A stretch of DNA of 64,000 nucleotides from Coniocarpon cinnabarinum (taxonomy: Eukaryota): positions 1 through 64,000 of the forward strand of contig JAVECO010000025.1 of the NCBI GenBank assembly GCA_051942205.1, written 5' to 3'. The position numbers and the translations under genes were made by a program. The notes under the pieces are model-generated. The model saw nothing but the letters and a program-made list of their open reading frames with translations. It did not search any database and was not told where the DNA came from. Positions 60,844 through 64,000 of the stretch are shown here, piece after piece. Position 1 is the stretch's first letter; every line of letters starts with the position of its first letter.

Positions 60844-63800
60844 ATGCCTCGAGGCCTTGAGGGCAATGAGGTGGCCACACCAAGGCCGACTCCAAAGGCC
60901 TCCAAGCCTCCTCCGTCCTTGTCAAAATCGGACAGCAGGAATCAGAAAAGCTTACTGGGTTTCTTCCAAAAGCAGCCTCAAGCTGCCCAGCAGAAGATTC
61001 AGCAAAGCTCAAAATCTCGTTCCCCCGCGGCTTCAAGCCCCGCAGCACCTGCTGAGCTGACACCAGCGCCGAGCAGCGGCGCTCCTGAAATGTCAAGTCC
61101 AACCTTGCCGTCCAGGACGAAGTCGAATGGACCCGTAAAGCCAAGCAAGAACACTGCACATGGTCCGCAGCTCCCTATCTCTCCTGCGAGTAGTGCGATC
61201 GTGGCTGATGCACCAGCAGTGACGAGCAGCCCCTCCCGAAAGGTATAGCCGACCCTGCAGCTATCTGCAAGCCTGACCTGCCCTGCTGACTTTTCATACA
61301 GGCCAAGAAGAAAGTTAGCTACGCAGAATCAGATCTCGAAGACGAGGACGAAGACGGGGTATTCAGGCCGACATCGGGCAATAGACGGTCAACCAAGCGG
61401 CGAAAGATTGTACACGATGATGAATCCGACGATGAGTTCGGCATGGACGACGAGATGGAGACTGCCATGGCAGATGAAGGTATGACTCTGACTCCCATCA
61501 AAGGGGCGTCCTGCGATGTCTAAAGCTGTGCAGATGACATGGAGGACTTTGTTGCTCCAGATGATTCAGGAGAAGAAAAACCTAAGCCTCAAAAACGCAA
61601 ACGCCCTTCGAAAGCTGCCTCTCCTAAATCAAAGCCACCGGCAGCTGTACCAAAACTTGAAAAGATACCTACGGAGGATATGGAAATTCCTGAAACCTCT
61701 ACAGCAAGACAATGGGAGTTTGATGCAGAGCATCCAGAAGCTAGCCAGCCTCGAAAAGAGCTGCCCAAATCCTCCTCTTCTGAGCCTCACAAGAGAGGAA
61801 AGGCGCACATGAAGGAGCCTGAGCAGCGTCACGCATGGCTAGCAAATGAGATGGACATAGACCGCCGACCACCCACACACCCGGAGTATGACCCACGAAC
61901 ACTGTATATTCCACCAATGGCCTTTAATAAGTTCTCACCGTTCGAAAAGCAATACTGGGAAATCAAACAGAAGTTTTGGGATACAATTGTATTTTTCAAA
62001 AAGGGCAAGTTTTACGAGCTGTATGAGAAAGATGCCACTGTAGGATCACAGCTATTTGATCTGAAGCTCACTGACAGGGTCAACATGCGAATGGTAGGAG
62101 TTCCAGAGGCGACTCTGGACCATTGGGCGGCTCAATTCATTGCCAAAGGCTACAAAGTCGCCAGAGTGGATCAGATGGAGACAGCGTTGGGAAAAGAGAT
62201 GCGAGAACGAGATGATCCAGGAGCATCCAAGAAGGCAGTGGTGAGCAAGAAGCCGCCGGAGAAAGAAAAGGTCATCCGACGCGAGCTGGCTTCAGTCTTG
62301 ACTGCCGCGACACTCGTCGATGGAGGCATGTTGACATCTGACATGTCAACCTGGTGCTGCGCAATCAAGGAAATTGACCAGGACGACTTGCCACATTTTG
62401 GTATCGCTTTTGTCGACACTGCAACAGCCCATTTCCACCTCACCACGTTCACAGACGATGCTGACATGACGAAATTTGAGACCTTTGTCGCCCAAATCCG
62501 GCCAGGGGAGCTCTTGCTTGAGAAATCCTGCTTGTCTGCCCATGCAACTCGAATTTTGAAAGCCAACACTGGTCCGACCACCATCTGGAATTATCTCAAA
62601 CCTGGGAAGGAATTCTGGCCAGCAGACATTACATGTCGAGAGATTGAGGCCTGTGACTACTTTATCAAGGAGGAAGACTCAGCATCCTTGTGGCCAAAAG
62701 CTCTGGAGCAAGCGAAGGACAACGATCTCATCATGTCCGCCTTCGGTGCTCTCGTGCAGTATCTTAGAGTACTCAAAATTGAGCGCGACCTCATTTCACT
62801 CGGCAACATCACCTGGTATGACCCGATCAAGCGAGGATCAACACTAGTCTTGGACGGTCAAAGTCTCATCAACCTTGAAGTCTTTGCCAATTCATTCGAT
62901 GGAGGCACAGACGGTACCTTGTTTGAAATGCTGAACCGATGCGTCACTCCATTTGGCAAGCGCATGCTTCGACAATGGCTCTGCCATCCTCTGGCCGATG
63001 CCAACAAAATCAATGCCCGGCTAGACGCTGTGGATGCACTAAACGCGACTTCTATGTTTACAGACAAATTTACCTCGTCGCTCACGAAGATGCCAGACTT
63101 GGAGCGCCTAATCTCGCGTGTGCATGCAAAACGTTGCAGAGCTATGGAATTTGTAAAAGTTCTCGAGGGATTTGAGCAGATTGAATACACCATGAGTCTG
63201 CTGACCGAGCATGGCAAGGGCGATGGGCTAATAGGACAGCTCGTCGCCTCGATACCAGATCTGTCATCGAAACTTGAAGGTTGGAAAAATGCATTTGACA
63301 GAAACATCGCTAAAAGCGGTGACATTCTCGTCCCGGAACTGGGAATTGAAGAAGACTTTGATGAAAGCAACCAACGGATCAAAGACTGCGAGGAAGCCCT
63401 CGACGAGCTTTTGAATCGAGCTCGCAAGCAACTTGGTTCCAATGCCATCAAGTTTACTGACGTGGGCAAAGAGATCTATCAGCTGGAGGTGCCGGTCAAA
63501 ATCAAGAATGTTCCCAGCTCATGGAGCCAGATGTCCTCCACTGCAAGCGTGAAGCGGTATTACAACCCGGAGCTCCGTCGCCTTGTTCGCGACATCCAAG
63601 AAGCACGGGAGACACATGCCCAAATTATTCGTGAAGTGGCCGGTCGATTCTACACTCGCTTTGACGAAGATTACGCAGAATGGCTTGCAGCTGTGCGCAT
63701 CATTGCACATCTCGACTGCTTGATCAGTCTCGCTCGAGCTTCGCGTGCTCTCGGCGAGCCCAGCTGTCGGCCCGTCTTTGTCGATGATGACCACGAAGAT

Positions 63801-64000
63801 GCTGCGTCTCGAGGCGTGCTCGATTTTCACGATTTACGCCATCCGACCATGCTCACCTCAGTGCGCGACTTTATCCCCAATAACGTCACACTTGGCGGAC
63901 CTTCCCCGAATCTTAACCTCCTCACCGGTGCCAACGCAGCTGGCAAATCTACTGTCCTCCGCATGACCTGCATCGCCGTCATTCTTGCTCAGCTGGGCTG
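60844..64000 (+). CDS. MSH6: DNA mismatch repair protein Msh6 (truncated by window end)
   Basis: Introns 61243-61301 and 61480-61533. YDPRTLYIP, FEKQYWEIK, FFKKGKFYELYE, TPFGKRML, Walker A LLTGANAAGKST. Confidence 0.96.

Noticed and set aside
1..64000. tRNA, rRNA or CRISPR arrays
   Set aside because: None recognised by eye; the sequence is eukaryotic. tRNAscan-SE/Infernal would be needed to exclude small RNAs.

Overview
Eukaryotic, intron-containing DNA from a filamentous ascomycete (GT-AG introns mostly 45-100 nt with CTRAC-type branch points; probably a Dothideomycete, which is inference). Most of the window is gene-dense housekeeping sequence: CDC24, NUP98-96, NAT4, PIG-U/GAB1, a heme-thiolate peroxygenase, WDR6/TRM734, DUF1348, SUR7/PalI, GPN2, BUB3, a histidine acid phosphatase, an SGNH-like protein, AHA1, UTP14, MRPL27, a GH81 glucanase, CDC31 and a truncated MSH6. 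Four things stand out. (i) A ~12 kb orphan island (32.6-44.5 kb) holds three highly diverged tandem paralogues (a shared last intron before a C-terminal helix motif, tubby/LURP-one-like), a GIY-YIG-like nuclease candidate with a divergently transcribed coiled-coil gene, and decayed ORFs. (ii) An intact solo Ty1/copia gag has no pol or LTR. (iii) A ~350-bp foldback element at 46.7-47.1 kb has a second, single-arm copy at 18.7 kb. (iv) A long NUP98-96 intron carries an in-frame stop and AATAAA, suggesting a Nup98-only isoform. All calls come from manual reading; no database searches were run.
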